In this document: positions 27,721 to 41,456 of the stretch, one piece after another
How positions within the stretch are numbered: position 1 is the first letter of the stretch
Layout: each line of letters begins with the position of its first letter
From: Geosiphon pyriformis uo1
Lineage: Eukaryota; Fungi; Glomeromycota
DNA: 64,000 nucleotides
Reading direction: 5' to 3'
Assembly (NCBI GenBank): GCA_016748015.1
Contig: JAAOMT010000198.1
Location: forward strand, 232,797 to 296,796
Notes under the pieces: generated by a model
Seen by the model: the letters and a program-made list of their open reading frames with translations, nothing else
Told to the model about the DNA's origin: nothing
Databases searched by the model: none
Translations under genes and position numbers: made by a program

Positions 27721-28169
27721 TTTATATTTTATACATATATTAATTTAATATATTAAGTAATTTATCAATATATATTATTACTACTATTATTTAAATAAAT
27801 AAAAAAATCATTGTATATAACCAAATTTATATTAAAAAATCCATTTTTTTAATTTTTTTAATTATTTAAATAAATATAAAAAAATTATAAAACAACAATT
27901 ATATTAAAACTAATTCTAATTAATTATTTAAAAAAAACTTTAAATAAAAAACCTTATTAATATCTAAAAACTATTTTATATTAAATTATTTAAAAAAAGT
28001 TATTTAATTAATTCTATTATAAAATTTTTTTAAGTATTAAAACTAATTAAAACAAAAAAATTAATTTTTGTTTTAAATATAATTATAAAAATATAAGAAA
28101 ATAAATTTATGTTATTTATTTTAATTTATTTTAAATAATAATTAAAATATATTAATATTTATATATATA

Positions 28170-29561
28170 TTTTTTTTTTTATTGCTTAACGAGTGAGATC
28201 CAAACACTACCTAGTACTATACATCAAGGAAATGATCTAAACTAGGTGTGAATCATGCACTTTCTACACGTGACCAGCCACTCGGGCCGACCAGAACAAC
28301 ACTACACAGCTATATGAACTGACACTGATTCACCTATACCTGAAAAGAACAAGCAAGCCTTGCGAAAACCAAAATAAACACCTAAAGCACTAGTAATGCC
28401 AAGTAACTTAACCACCCCTGCAAAGAACCTCGAAGCCAAACCATGAACTGAGATGATGGCCGAACCATCTAGCAGGATTAGTTCATTCTTCTCCATATAC
28501 GCACAATGCTTAGCACAAATCGACCAGACATCCTTCCTGAAAGCAAGACCAAGAGAGTGCACAAACTTGACAATCTCCAAAACAGCAATCTTGGAGTTGT
28601 GGAAGACGGAAACAGCCTCGTTAAACCATCCATTAAAAACAAAGCCCTTAAAAAGAGCCATAGACACAGAGGAGTCAGAAACACTAGATGACAACAGCTG
28701 CAATATATCCGAGGAGGAGTGAAAGGAGCCAGAAAGCGCCTTCCAGGACCCTACATAAGAATCCAACAACTGATGCCGAACAGACTCGTCAACCTTGCAA
28801 GAGAACACATGATCCAACACCTCCACCTCACCACAATATAAGCACAACACGCTAGGATAACGTTTATCATAGAGGCGCTTCCGAACGGCAACCAGCAGAC
28901 AATGGTATAAAGACTTCATAAAATAAGTATGCACACTTGACGAATACCTGCTGGTGAATCCTGCAGCCATGTGCAAATCAGGATGCCACACCAACGATGA
29001 ATGGGGCCAATCAACCTCAGAAGACAAGCTGTCCACCAAAATCCCAGAACCAGAACCAACCTCCTATCACGCACGACAAATAGAACAATAAATATCATGA
29101 ACAAAATGCCTCGAATTTCCAGAAACAATACCACCATTAGCTGTCAAGAAGCGCTCACTCAAGTGAAGGGGAAGATACCAATTGGAGAGAGAAGTGGCAC
29201 CAGCGATTGCGTCAGCACGCTCGTTTCCCGAAACACCAGAATGACTTTTTACCTTGCGAAATCTAACTCTTAAATTCTTACTGCGAATTACATTGACAAT
29301 ATGATGACGTTTGACCCAACACCGATTACAAAAATCGGGACACACCAGATCTAACTCCGACCTGCAAGCATCCAATGCTGATTGACTATCTGAGAACAAA
29401 CAAACAAAGCTTGACGAGAGAACACACTCCAGAGCTAAGGCAACAGTCTGCAATTCCACCAAAGTAGACGACATCAAACCCGAAACACTTACGCCCAAAC
29501 CCAAACCAATGTCCTCAAAAAAAACAGCAGCACCAGCTCTACAGCCAACTGTACCAAGACC
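28170..29561 (-). mobile_element. LINE copy D, 5'-truncated, comparatively young (CpG retained)
   Basis: RNase H (FSDSQSALDA, KVKSHSGVSGNERADAIA), CLYCGEVEVLDHVFSC, 3' UTR, poly(T); TSD-like AATATTTATATAT at 28154 and 29562. Confidence 0.94.
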
Positions 29562-29590
29562 AATATTTATATATTTATTATTAAAAAAAT

Positions 29591-32500
29591 TATTTTGATT
29601 AAATATTAAAATAATTATTATATTTTATATAATTAGCTATATTATTTTTAAATAATAATTATTAATCTAATTAATATCTTAATTAAATCTAATTACTAAC
29701 TTGGTTATTAATTAATTTTAATAATTACAAGTAATAAATCTCTTAATTATAAAAAAAACATAAAATTAAAATAATAAAATAATAAAATAATAATTATATA
29801 TTCAATATTATTATTATTATTATTTATTTGTTTTTGTATTTTTTATTTTCAAGTATCTAAATATATTTTTTTTTTTATTAATATTTAATGAGCAAAGTCC
29901 AAACACTGCCTAATGCAATACATCATACAAATAATCTAAACTAGGTGTAAATCATGCTTTATCTACACGTAACCACTCACTCGGACCAATCAGGACAACA
30001 CTAAGCACCTATATGAACAGAAACCTCACCCCCTGTGTCTGAAAAAAACAAACAAGACTTATGGAATCCAAAACCAATACCAATTGCCTCAGCAACACCC
30101 AGCAGCTGAGTCACACCAGATGACAGCCCTAAAGAAAGCCCAAAAATCGAGACAGGAACTGACCCATTGCATGGAATAAGCCCATTCTTTTCCATAAAAG
30201 CACAGTGCTTGGCACAAACCAACCAAATGTCTTCCCAAAAAGCCAAACTAAACCCACGTACAAAGGCCACAATGTTCTGACTTGCTATCCTGGAATCCTT
30301 AAAGACAGAAACAGACTCACGAAACCAATCCTTGAAAACAAAATCTTTACATAGAGCAGTACTAACTGAAATGTCAGATACACAAGTAGACATCAGCTGT
30401 GAGACACCTGAGGAAGAATGATCCAAACTGGAGCGCACACCCCAAACTGCCGCATGAATGTCCAACAACTGAGCATGACCATTGGCATCAAATGAACAAG
30501 AAAACACATGGTCTGAGACCTCGATATTACTGCAAAACAAACACACCACACTGGGATAGCACTTATCATAAAGCTGCTTATGCACGGCAACAGGGAGCCA
30601 ATGGTGCAATGTCTTTATAAAGTAAGTCCAGAAACCAGCAGTTCACTTGTTAATGAAGCCAGTAGTCATGTGAGAATCTGGATGCCAAACCAGCAATGAT
30701 CTAAACCAATCAATATCTGTATACAGACTATCCGCCACCACCTCCATACTACAACTGATTTCCCAATGTGCACAATGAACTGACCAAAAAATATCCTGAA
30801 CAAAATGTCTAGAATTACCAAAAATGGCTGCTCCCCCACCCCTAAGATAGCGTTCATCGACAGAATGGGGCAGATGCCAACCAGAGAGAACTGCAGCCCT
30901 GGCCAACTTATCAGCTCGTTCATTGCCTAAAACCTCTAAGTGTCCTTTTACCTTACACCAATTAACTTTTAAATTCTTACGACAAATGACATTAACAATA
31001 TGGCAGCATTTAATCCAACACCAATTCCTAAAATCTGGGCAAATCAATTCTATTTCCAACTTACAAGCATTCAAAGCAGCCTGACTGTCCGAGAACAAGT
31101 CAACCAAATGAAAAAAAGGGATGCACTTGAGCACCAGAGCAATAGCCTGCAGTTCCGTCAAGGTAGAAGACATCAAACCAGATACCCCCACACCCAAACC
31201 CATACCAATGTCCTTAAAGAAAACAGCAGCCCCAGTTTTCATATCAACAGTCCCTAAATCACTTAGAGATTCATCTGTGTAAACAGAAAAACGACCAACA
31301 TTAGAATTGAATAAACTGGCACCAATGATGCCAAATTTATGAGACCGAAGAACATCTGAAGAGCCGCAATCAGCCAAAAGCGTAGAGCAGATAGGAAAAG
31401 AAGACACGCTACCAAGAAAATAAACTGAAAGCTCAAACCAAACAGGAACCGGACCACGTGGATCTAACCACTTCCACTGTTTGAAGGTCTTCTACTCGAA
31501 AACAGCCCCATTTCGGTCCCGTAACTGGTCTACAAAAGCAATCCCATAATGCCAAAGTGAAGAGACACTCTTGACATAATTTGATTCACCAAGAACAAAA
31601 GACATAGGGGTTCCACCCTGACAACAAAAAGCACTAGTCAGAGAGCCATCCAATGACAAATCACACCCAGAGAAAATATGCACCACACTTGCCAGAAAAT
31701 TGTTTAGGGGATTGATCTTGACATGAACTGAACACTGCAAAGAATGTAGTGGGTGCCAGCAGAGAACCTGCAGATCATGTGACTGGTAAGAAAATAGACG
31801 CCCCAAAATCCCAACAGAGTTTGCGAAAGAAACGACTGAAGCCAACTTGCTCAAAAGTCTTCAGACCATATAGAGAGGGATGATAAATCACATCATTGGG
31901 GAAATCACATAGCAAACCAGACTTAGATCTCAAGCCCTTACAAATCATAGTGTCACACTTTCCACAAGCACTAATAAGAATGTAACTGAACTGTGTTTTA
32001 TATCCAATGATAGGAAAAAAGACAGCCGAAACCAAATATGAAAACTGCTTATCAAATACTGCCTTTTTCAGAACTAAATTAGAAAAAAACTGGACATCAG
32101 AATACACTTTAGCCAAGCTAGGCTTTGAAAGACCCTCAGTTGACAAATATATCACCAAATAGCGATGCAATTTCTCCTTCTTGGCAATAGAAATAGGTGA
32201 CCTGCTGATCAGCAAAGAAGAAGCCGAACCATCACAATTGATGGGAATGGCAACAGTCTTATTATTATTAATTGAGATGTCATTGACATTGAAAAATTCA
32301 CTAGCAATGTTGAGAATGTGTTGTGTGACACTTTGACTGCTGCCAACCCATATAGTATCATCAACAAAGGCACTTGCTGTGAAAAATAAGAATACACCAG
32401 CCCGAGACTCAACACAACCACATCCAGAAATAAAATGAGAATTCAATCTATAACCACACTCATCCACCTGTCTCTTAACTTCACACAAAAGGGGATCATA

Positions 32501-35500
32501 AAATATGCGCCAGAGGAGTGGTAAGAACACCTCCCTCTAGTCCAAGCCATCATGCATCTTGTACTCGTTTGTCAAACCAAAATCTATCATAACTCTGTTA
32601 ATACGACTATTGTGGATGCCGCCAAAGAACTTAATGAACCTGCAACACATCTTTATCCTAACCAAACTGTCCCGAAGGTGTTCCCACCCAACAAAATCAT
32701 AAGCCTTCCGCATGTTTTACAAGACCAATCAGAGCTCATGATTCTTCTCCAAAGCATCCTCAATAACTGAACCAATGGCAAAAATGAGAGACTGTGTTGT
32801 TGTACCCTTTAAAACCGAAAAATTGTCCCCACGCAGAACATCAAAAGTACTACAAGCCAATAAAATCCTATCTGAAAGAATCTTGGAAATAATCTTGTGG
32901 GCAGTCTCAATCAAGGCAATAGGTTGGGTGTTCATAAGAACTCCTTCCCACTCATACGGCTTAGGGATTATTGAGATCCAGGCTTCCTTCCAAGCATTAG
33001 GTATTGACTCATGAATCAAACAAGAATTTAAAAATACCAAAAGCATGTCCAAAATTGATCTGTCACAGTGTTTTCAGAGCTCGTTCAAAATTCCAGAGAG
33101 ACCAGCAGCCTTGCCCTCAAGCAGACCAGAAACCACATTGAACAACTCATTGAAACCAACAGGACTCATTACACCAGAAAATGCACCATCAAAAACATGC
33201 TCCAAAGGCATATACTGGTGAGACCAAATATCAGAGATATCTGGCACCATTTTGCGCTTCCTGGTCCAGCCTTCCATGATCTCATCCACCCTAGCCTTGA
33301 CCAAGCTGGGCTCCAAAATCAACTTGTTACCCACAACCAGATGATCCAGTACCACTTTGTGAAAGAGATGCTCCAAAACACTCCTGATAGTGTGACCTTT
33401 GTCTGATTCGAAACTTTTCATCCTTCTATCAATAGCCACCCTGATACAGGATTCTTCAGCGCATTTGGATTCCAGCAACTTAGCAGAGCGGTAAGACTTC
33501 CTCGCCTTAGCCAGAGCCGAGCAAATCCTGTCAAAACTGGAACTTGAAAGAAATAAAGACTTCATCATCAAAGCACCATTGACATTGAGCTTCTCCCACG
33601 TATTCAACAACGATGTAAATTTCACACTAGACAACAAACGAGACACCTTAACCAGCTTGGATACCAGCAACTCAAGTTTGTGAAACCTAGAAGAACTCTT
33701 GGTAAAAACCTTATCATAACTCTTAAACCATTTCTTTTTAAATGTTCCAACTGCTGAGAGAACCATTATTTTGCGTACAATGTTCTACATAGCATCCAAA
33801 TCTGAAGATTCTGCAGAAGCAGCAAAATCACTCGAGAACATTAGGCCATTGGCCAACATAGCATCCTTAAAATTGTTCCACCCTTTCTTGCCAGCATTTC
33901 CAAAATCAAACTTTCAACGATCTTTATTAGCCTGCTTGCACATCGAATTCAGCTGAGAGTCAAGCAAGCCATCCAAGCCCACAAAAACAAAAACAGTCTT
34001 ATAATCAGTATCGAAAAAGTTCTCGATACCAGTCACACCATGATCCACCACAGCATTGATCAAGCTCAAAGAGATGAACATATAGTCAATGGTTTTGACA
34101 ACACCACGAGAGTTATCCCATGTTGGTGTCTTTGCAAGCATACTTCCACCCAAGACATTAACCAGACCCAGATCAAAGCACTTTTTGAAACTGGCACTCT
34201 TACGAATGCCATCCTCATTGAAGTTGCCACCCAAGACCACAAAAAATGATTCATTTACCATCTTAGCAATCAAAGAATTGATGTCGCCAGCCTGTGAGAA
34301 TTGAACACTTGAAGAGGCACCAGTGTAGAGACCCAAAACAGAAACCGAAAGTTTATTTTTGAAGAGAAGTCTGACAGAAAGGAGCTGACTGGGCACTTCA
34401 GAAATCTTGAAAATGTGCCTTGCCAAAGAATTGTTCATGACAATTGCCACACCAGAACCAAGATAACCAGAATCCAAACCAGAAGTGAAGACCTGAACAC
34501 CATCAAATTTGCTAGTAATCCAAGGCCGAATCTTATCTTTCAACTTTGTCTCAGTAACAATCAAAACTAAATTGTTCAAATCTCTGTGCCAACGTATAAC
34601 ATCCTCTTGCTTCACTGAATTGTTCATTCTCCTGACATTACACGTGGCTATTTTCCATACTAAATCATTCATTGAGGTACAAAAGAGACCACAAAACTTG
34701 AGCCAGCACATATCTGATCTAATTTCTCCAATACTGAACTAACCGAAGCTTCGAGAGCCACCATCTTTGACTCCAAGCAGCCCACTTTCGAAGTCAGAAT
34801 TTTTGAACTACTTGAACCCAACCTTAAGACACCAAAGGAAATCAAAAAAGAAGGATTAACCACAGAATCAGGTTCATCTAAAACCATATCCGAACTGAAT
34901 TTTGTATTAACCAAACCAGGGGCAACCAAGGGCTGAGAAGAGGAGGCGAGAGCCAAGGGCACCAGGCTTAAACTGTCAAGTTTGCCAACAATACTGGACA
35001 CCTTATCCATGAGAAGTTCCAAAGAGCGCTCTAGAGAAGTGAGATAAGTTTCCAAAATCAAACTAACAGGACCCACAAGAGACGAGTTACCAACCAAACC
35101 TGAGGCGCCAAGAGAAGAGCCAAAACCAGGACCAGAACCAAAGTGAGGACCATTAGATGAAGACACTAGAGAGACAACCTGGGCCCATGATTTGCCACCA
35201 AACGCAGCCAGTCTGGAAATAGGCACACTCTTTTTTGCATATAGCTTGGCCAACTGGAGGTGGTTCTCATCAGAGACAACTTTTTTAAATGACTTGGAAA
35301 GTTTAGGAGAATGTGAGATCTTAGCATCACACTCCAGAACTGAATGACCAAGTTTTCCACACCGTTCACACCGAACCAGATCCAATCTAGCCCAAGAAAG
35401 TTTCATCCCACCAAAAACAGGCTCCGTACAAAATGCAGACTCCAAATCCTCGTCATTTTCAAAACAAATCACAGCACAATGAATCCTATTGCCAGTGTCT

Positions 35501-36874
35501 AAAGAACGATTTATAACACAAGTTTTCCCACCAGTCCCTGCCAAAAGATCGCCAAGATCATGAGCCGTTGTTCCCACTGGCAAAGTAAACAAAAGCGCTC
35601 TATACCAGTCTCTAGATGCCCACGTCTTACGATCCTGCACAGCCTTGGCCACATGCACTGAATCTTTCCCAATTAAGAATGACTACTTAGCTGCCAACTG
35701 ATCTGCCTGACTTGATTCGGCAAACTCCACCATAGCCTTCTGCCACAGCCCAATAAGTTGCAATCGGATTAACACCACTTGACCAAATTCAGACACTGTG
35801 GCGATGATTATTTCTTTTGGCATATCCATGAGAATTTCTTTGATGACTATGGCCCAATCTGAACGAACTCCTTGTCTCTTAAGATCACTGTTTACCATGA
35901 TGTCATTTTCTCTGGCCAATAAGGCAGCCTTTTCCATGCTTTCTAATGAAGTGAATATCGATCTGATGATCCTTTCAAATTTTGAGGAGATAGTGGCCCC
36001 CCCAAAACCATTGATTCATAAAAACAATTTCCTTATAACCTGAGTTTTAGACGTCGCCAATTTCCCTTCCACAGCCAAAAGATTGATGTCCAAAGTGAAA
36101 AATTTCTTAACCACTACTTCTACTTGAGTCTTAATAATTTTAGGGTCTAACCAAATCCTGTTCAGAGAGATACCAAGAGGAGGAGAGAGGAGACCACCAT
36201 CATCATTGTCCATATTATAATCCAAGGAACTGAGAGAGGAACTGCAATCCAGATTATTCTTAACCCTCTTTGCCTTAGGAGTTGTTGCAGCCAAGCCGAG
36301 AAGAGAACCATCACCACCACCAGCCAATATGTTACTAGCAACACTGTCACCAGAATCACTTTCCATATTCAAGTATTGACTTTCTTTAGAATGAGGTTTG
36401 GCCAAAGCAGCTTCATGTTTATCATCAGACTGAATCATATGGCGAAGGGAAACCCTTTTCTTTTGAGAGAAGAGGCCACTAGTAGAACCAGAAAAAGCAC
36501 CAACAGGAGCTTTTTTATTCAACATACCACTGCTGGGAGCAGCTTTCAAGTCCACAACAAATGGATTATTTGTAAGAAAAATAGTGAAATATAGCAAGTA
36601 AAAAAAACAAAAAACAAAAAAACTTCTTTCAAAAATATGCTCTTTGGAGAATTTAGAATGTAGGAAAGAAAAAAGTTTTTTTTAATTTATCCTAAATATT
36701 TATAAATAAAAAATTACTTATTGATATTTATTTTTTTTATTTTATTTTTTTTCTTAATTTGTATTATTAAAATTAATCTAAAAAATATTTGTTTATTTTG
36801 ATAATTTATTAAATAAAAAAATAATTAAGAAACACAATAATATTTGTTATTAATTTAAAAATTATTAAGTAAAA
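29591..36874 (+). mobile_element. Eroded LTR split by LINE E (pieces 29591-29865 and ~36690-36874), homologous to the solo LTR at 53581-54209
   Basis: Joined flanks ...caagtatctaaatat | tataaataaaaaattacttattgatattta align with aagtatctaaacatattaggataaaaaattacttattggcattta at ~53833; 29636-29690 aligns with ~53638-53690. Confidence 0.78.
29866..36680 (-). mobile_element. LINE copy E, near full length, least degenerate long copy; ORF1 ~36560-34669, ORF2 34672-30001; still carries stops and frameshifts
   Basis: CERCGKLGHSVLEC; WKIATCNVRRMNN; AWKEAWISIIPKPYEWEG; AFVDDTIW; VYTDESLSDLG; CLFCSNIEVSDHVFSC; poly(T) at 29866. Confidence 0.96.
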
Positions 36875-36958
36875 NNNNNNNNNNNNNNNNNNNNNNNNNN
36901 NNNNNNNNNNNNNNNNNNNNNNNNNNNNNNNNNNNNNNNNNNNNNNNNNNNNNNNNNN
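36875..36958. other. Assembly gap (84 N)
   Basis: Run of n characters. Confidence 1.
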
Positions 36959-37284
36959 ATTAAAATTTTATAAAATTTAATCATAAATTTTGTATAATTG
37001 CAATAATAAAATAAATAATAAATATATTTAATTACATATTTGTGTAAAAATATTGATTAATAAATTAATTGTATAATTTATATTAAACAAACCACTTTTA
37101 TTTTATAAGTTACCATTTATCTTATTGGTTAATCAGAGTTAATCAGTTACCCAGTTTCTGAAATCTCACATAAGCCACATCATAAATTACTTGTTTGATA
37201 AAGCTCACATTGTTCTTTAATGATTTTATTAAAATCTCTTTTCTTAAGTCAAAATTTTTAAAATTTCATACAAGGAACTAAGAA

Positions 37285-38080
37285 ATGATTTATAACATGT
37301 ACATATTCGATCGACACTGTACTTGTATATTTTACATAGACTGGCACCGTCATAGAAAGAGTGGGGGAGCTGGGGCAGTCGCCACTTCCACCACGAGTGC
37401 GACTGCAAGCACCAATGGACACCCAGAAGATCATGTCTCTCCCAATACCTCTGCCGTTGCTTCCACTTCCCAGGCTCATAATGTGGCTAGTCATCATTCA
37501 ACAACTTCCCAACTGACCAACACCAGCATGTTTTCCGATACCAGACTAATCAATTTGGACGAGGAGGCCAAACTAGTATATGGGGTAGTTTTTTCATTAA
37601 GAAATTTTGTACGTAAATTGAGTGGAAGGTTAGTGTTGTCGGGTGCCTTTTTCTCCGTTTATGAGGAGAGTATGAGTAGAGAAAAGAATTCTTTGAGACT
37701 ACGTCATGAATTTGATGATTTTATTAAAACTTACTTTGAGCCAGGAAATCTTATTTAATCGCCAACTGTTCTAAGAAAAATGTCTCTAACCACCCTCTGA
37801 CTTATTTAGTCAAGATGGATTCCTATCATATCGCACATCACTCTATAAACTTCATTATTACGAGACCCCAACTGGTCTCAAATTTGTCATAAATACAGAT
37901 CCAGCTGTTGACTCATTGCGACAGACACTTCGCCAAATTTATACAAGTTTCTATGTGGAATATGTGATCAAGAATCCTTTATCCCCAGCAGAACATCCTG
38001 CTGGCGAAGGAGTGAACAATGAATACTTCCGGACAGCTGTAGATAAGTTTGTCAAGAGTTTGCCTGGTTTTGAATCTTAG
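37285..38080 (+). CDS. BET5: TRAPP complex subunit Bet5/TRAPPC1; 2 exons
   Basis: MIYNMYIFDRHCTCIFY, EEAKLVYGVVFSLRNFVRKLS, YRTSLYKLHYYETPTGLKFVINTD, YVEYVIKNPL; intron 37629-37809. Confidence 0.94.
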
Positions 38081-38462
38081 AATTTCTAATTGGATCGGGA
38101 ATTTGAGCATATGTATTTATTTTTTTTCCCAGCTCCTGTCCACTAGTAACATCTGCAAAAAAATATTTATCAAAAAAAAAGTTCCAGTTACATATTTTGG
38201 TAAAATAAGATCCATTCTGGCTTGAGCTTTAAATTTTCAAAATAATGAAACTTGAGCTGTTGGTCGATAAAACAGTTTTTCGATTTCTCAAATTAAAAAT
38301 TGATTTTTCGACTCTGCTTTTGGACATCCAGCTATGTTTTACGATGGTATAATTATTTTTCATGCATGAATTTATCCAAATTTTATATGATGCTTGGTTA
38401 TAAGAAATCAACCCTGTTTCTCTGATATCGACTCTGCTTGGAAAATCTAATTTTTAAAATAT

Positions 38463-39326
38463 TCATGCTTGTGCCTCATTATCCTCCTTTTTTCCGGAAA
38501 TTATTTTATCATGACCGATAAGGATCTCTTTATCTCCTCCAAGACTTTTAGTGGGCTTGCCATCAGTAAGCTTTTTTCTATTACGTTTTTTCCAAGGTAG
38601 ATGACTCATCCCATCAGGAACAATTTCTTCGATGCATACTGCTTTGGGTATTGGTAAAAGGTTGCTATTCAGGATCTCGCGCCCGCGTTTAAGAATTAAT
38701 TTATCGTGCTCAACGTATTTGGGCCAATAATAGCCTTTTTTTGTTGGCAATTCTCTTAATGATAATTGCTGCCAGTACAATTTGAAATGGGGCTCAGAAT
38801 CCCCAAAGTCTTTCTTTCGTTTGTCTGGTAATTGATGCAAGGCGTCGCATAACGCAAGGACACAACTTTCTGTTTGTTCCATATCTTCAAATATACGAAG
38901 ACGTTTAGGTAGGCTAAGATACTTGGCCGAATGTGGTCGATGAACTATATGGTAACGCACAAATGAAACCAAAGTATCGCGAAATTCTCGGGTGGGAAAC
39001 CCAGTTAGGGCTATGAAAGGCATCCAATGGTCTGGTCGAACATAGGGTGACCGTAAGGTTACATCAATAATTTGTTTAAGATTTTTTCGCTATTTGTTAA
39101 AATGAAGGTAACCGACAAATGATAGTAAGGCTTCTATACATTACTTGAATTATCAAGAAATACATAAGGCTTCTTTTTAGATGTTCTCCATCACCTGAAT
39201 TCCTTCTTCAGTAAGCACAACTTGTGAGTTCAAGACATGTCGGAAGAATAACACCTTGGAAATATATGCTGGATTCGGTTTCCATATCTTAACAAGTTTT
39301 CTTGAACCGTTGGCTGCACTACTCAT
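38463..39326 (-). CDS. MHR1: Probable mitochondrial ribosomal protein mL67 / Mhr1-like; 2 exons
   Basis: KVLFFRHVLNSQVVLT, VRPDHWMPFIAL, EQTESCVLALCDAL and KLYW resemble the Mhr1 blocks FRN..SGQV, RPD.W, QE..ADL...L (recalled, not searched). Confidence 0.62.
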
Positions 39327-39457
39327 GGTGTAAATTCAGAAAACTGGGGCTAGTGATGATTTTTATCTGTTCAATAGCAACATCAATTGTGAAACGTAGA
39401 AATTGACTTGAATTTTAAAATCTTGGATTTTTAGATTTTTTACCGCTCTTCCTACTT
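39327..39457. promoter_or_regulatory. 131-bp bidirectional promoter (MHR1-like/YIP1)
   Basis: Divergent ATGs at 39326 and 39458. Confidence 0.6.
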
Positions 39458-40579
<1,122 letters not shown>

Positions 40580-41456
40580 GTTTTGCCCATTTTTCATGAA
40601 TCGACTTGTTTTTGCTGTGATGAAAAAAATCATTTATAAGAAGGTCAAGAATTTACCTCTAGACATATAATGCTTTTTCAACAGAAGAAAAAAAATGTTA
40701 ATATAAGTAAATAAGGTGTGCTAAAATATAATTTCTAAAATAAATTATTGTATTTTACATAAATTCAAAATTTGAATATTCTTTGTGAAACCTTTTTTTT
40801 AGACATTATTATCGATCTTTGGATTATTTTGTCTTAATATTCAAAAGAAATTTGTATATGGAATATACTGCAACAAAACCAAACAAAGTACAATTTCTTT
40901 ATTTTCAAGAGTTTTAAACTTAATGTTTTTTGCTTGTTTGCTATAAATCAATAGTAAACATTAGTGGTTATAGGTTTTTGGTTATTAACAAAGCATATTA
41001 ATAATTAAATTTTATGTTAATTCTTTTTTTTAATATTTTTGTTTATTATTAAAACTTATAATTTATTTTAATAATTTTAAAAGAACTTATTTTTCAAAAA
41101 GTTGTATAATTTTAATAAAGTTGTTTTTAAACTTTAAAAATTTTTTTTATGGTTAAAATTAGATCAAATAAAATGTTTTAAACTATTAAAATTTTAATAT
41201 GTCACAAAACTTATAATACTATACAGTAAAATTTATTTATTGTTTTAATAATTAAAAATATATATATATTGATAATTAATGCCAAAACTATAAAAGTAAT
41301 TATACTGGTATTTTGAAAAAAAAATACATATTTGTGTAGTTTTATTGTAATATTTTTTAAATTACAAGATTTTTAATATACAAAAGAAATATATAATATT
41401 TTTTTTGGCAAAATTGTCTTTAAATACCTTGAAATAAAAATTTTATGAAAAGACTG

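Noticed and set aside
29877-30000. Hammerhead or HDV ribozyme in the LINE 3' UTR (GTC-CTGA...GAAA-like words)
   Set aside because: No CUGANGA core with correctly placed stems, and the words are not conserved across copies.
12361-36594. Many short plus-strand ORFs in the LINE block
   Set aside because: Antisense or alternative-frame by-products of decayed ORF1/ORF2.
29866-36680. Active, intact LINE
   Set aside because: In-frame stops (TGG>TAG/TGA) and frameshifts break both ORFs.
40740-41450. Possible MITE or relic related to 62150-63050
   Set aside because: Only short AT-rich similarities; no defensible TIR or TSD.
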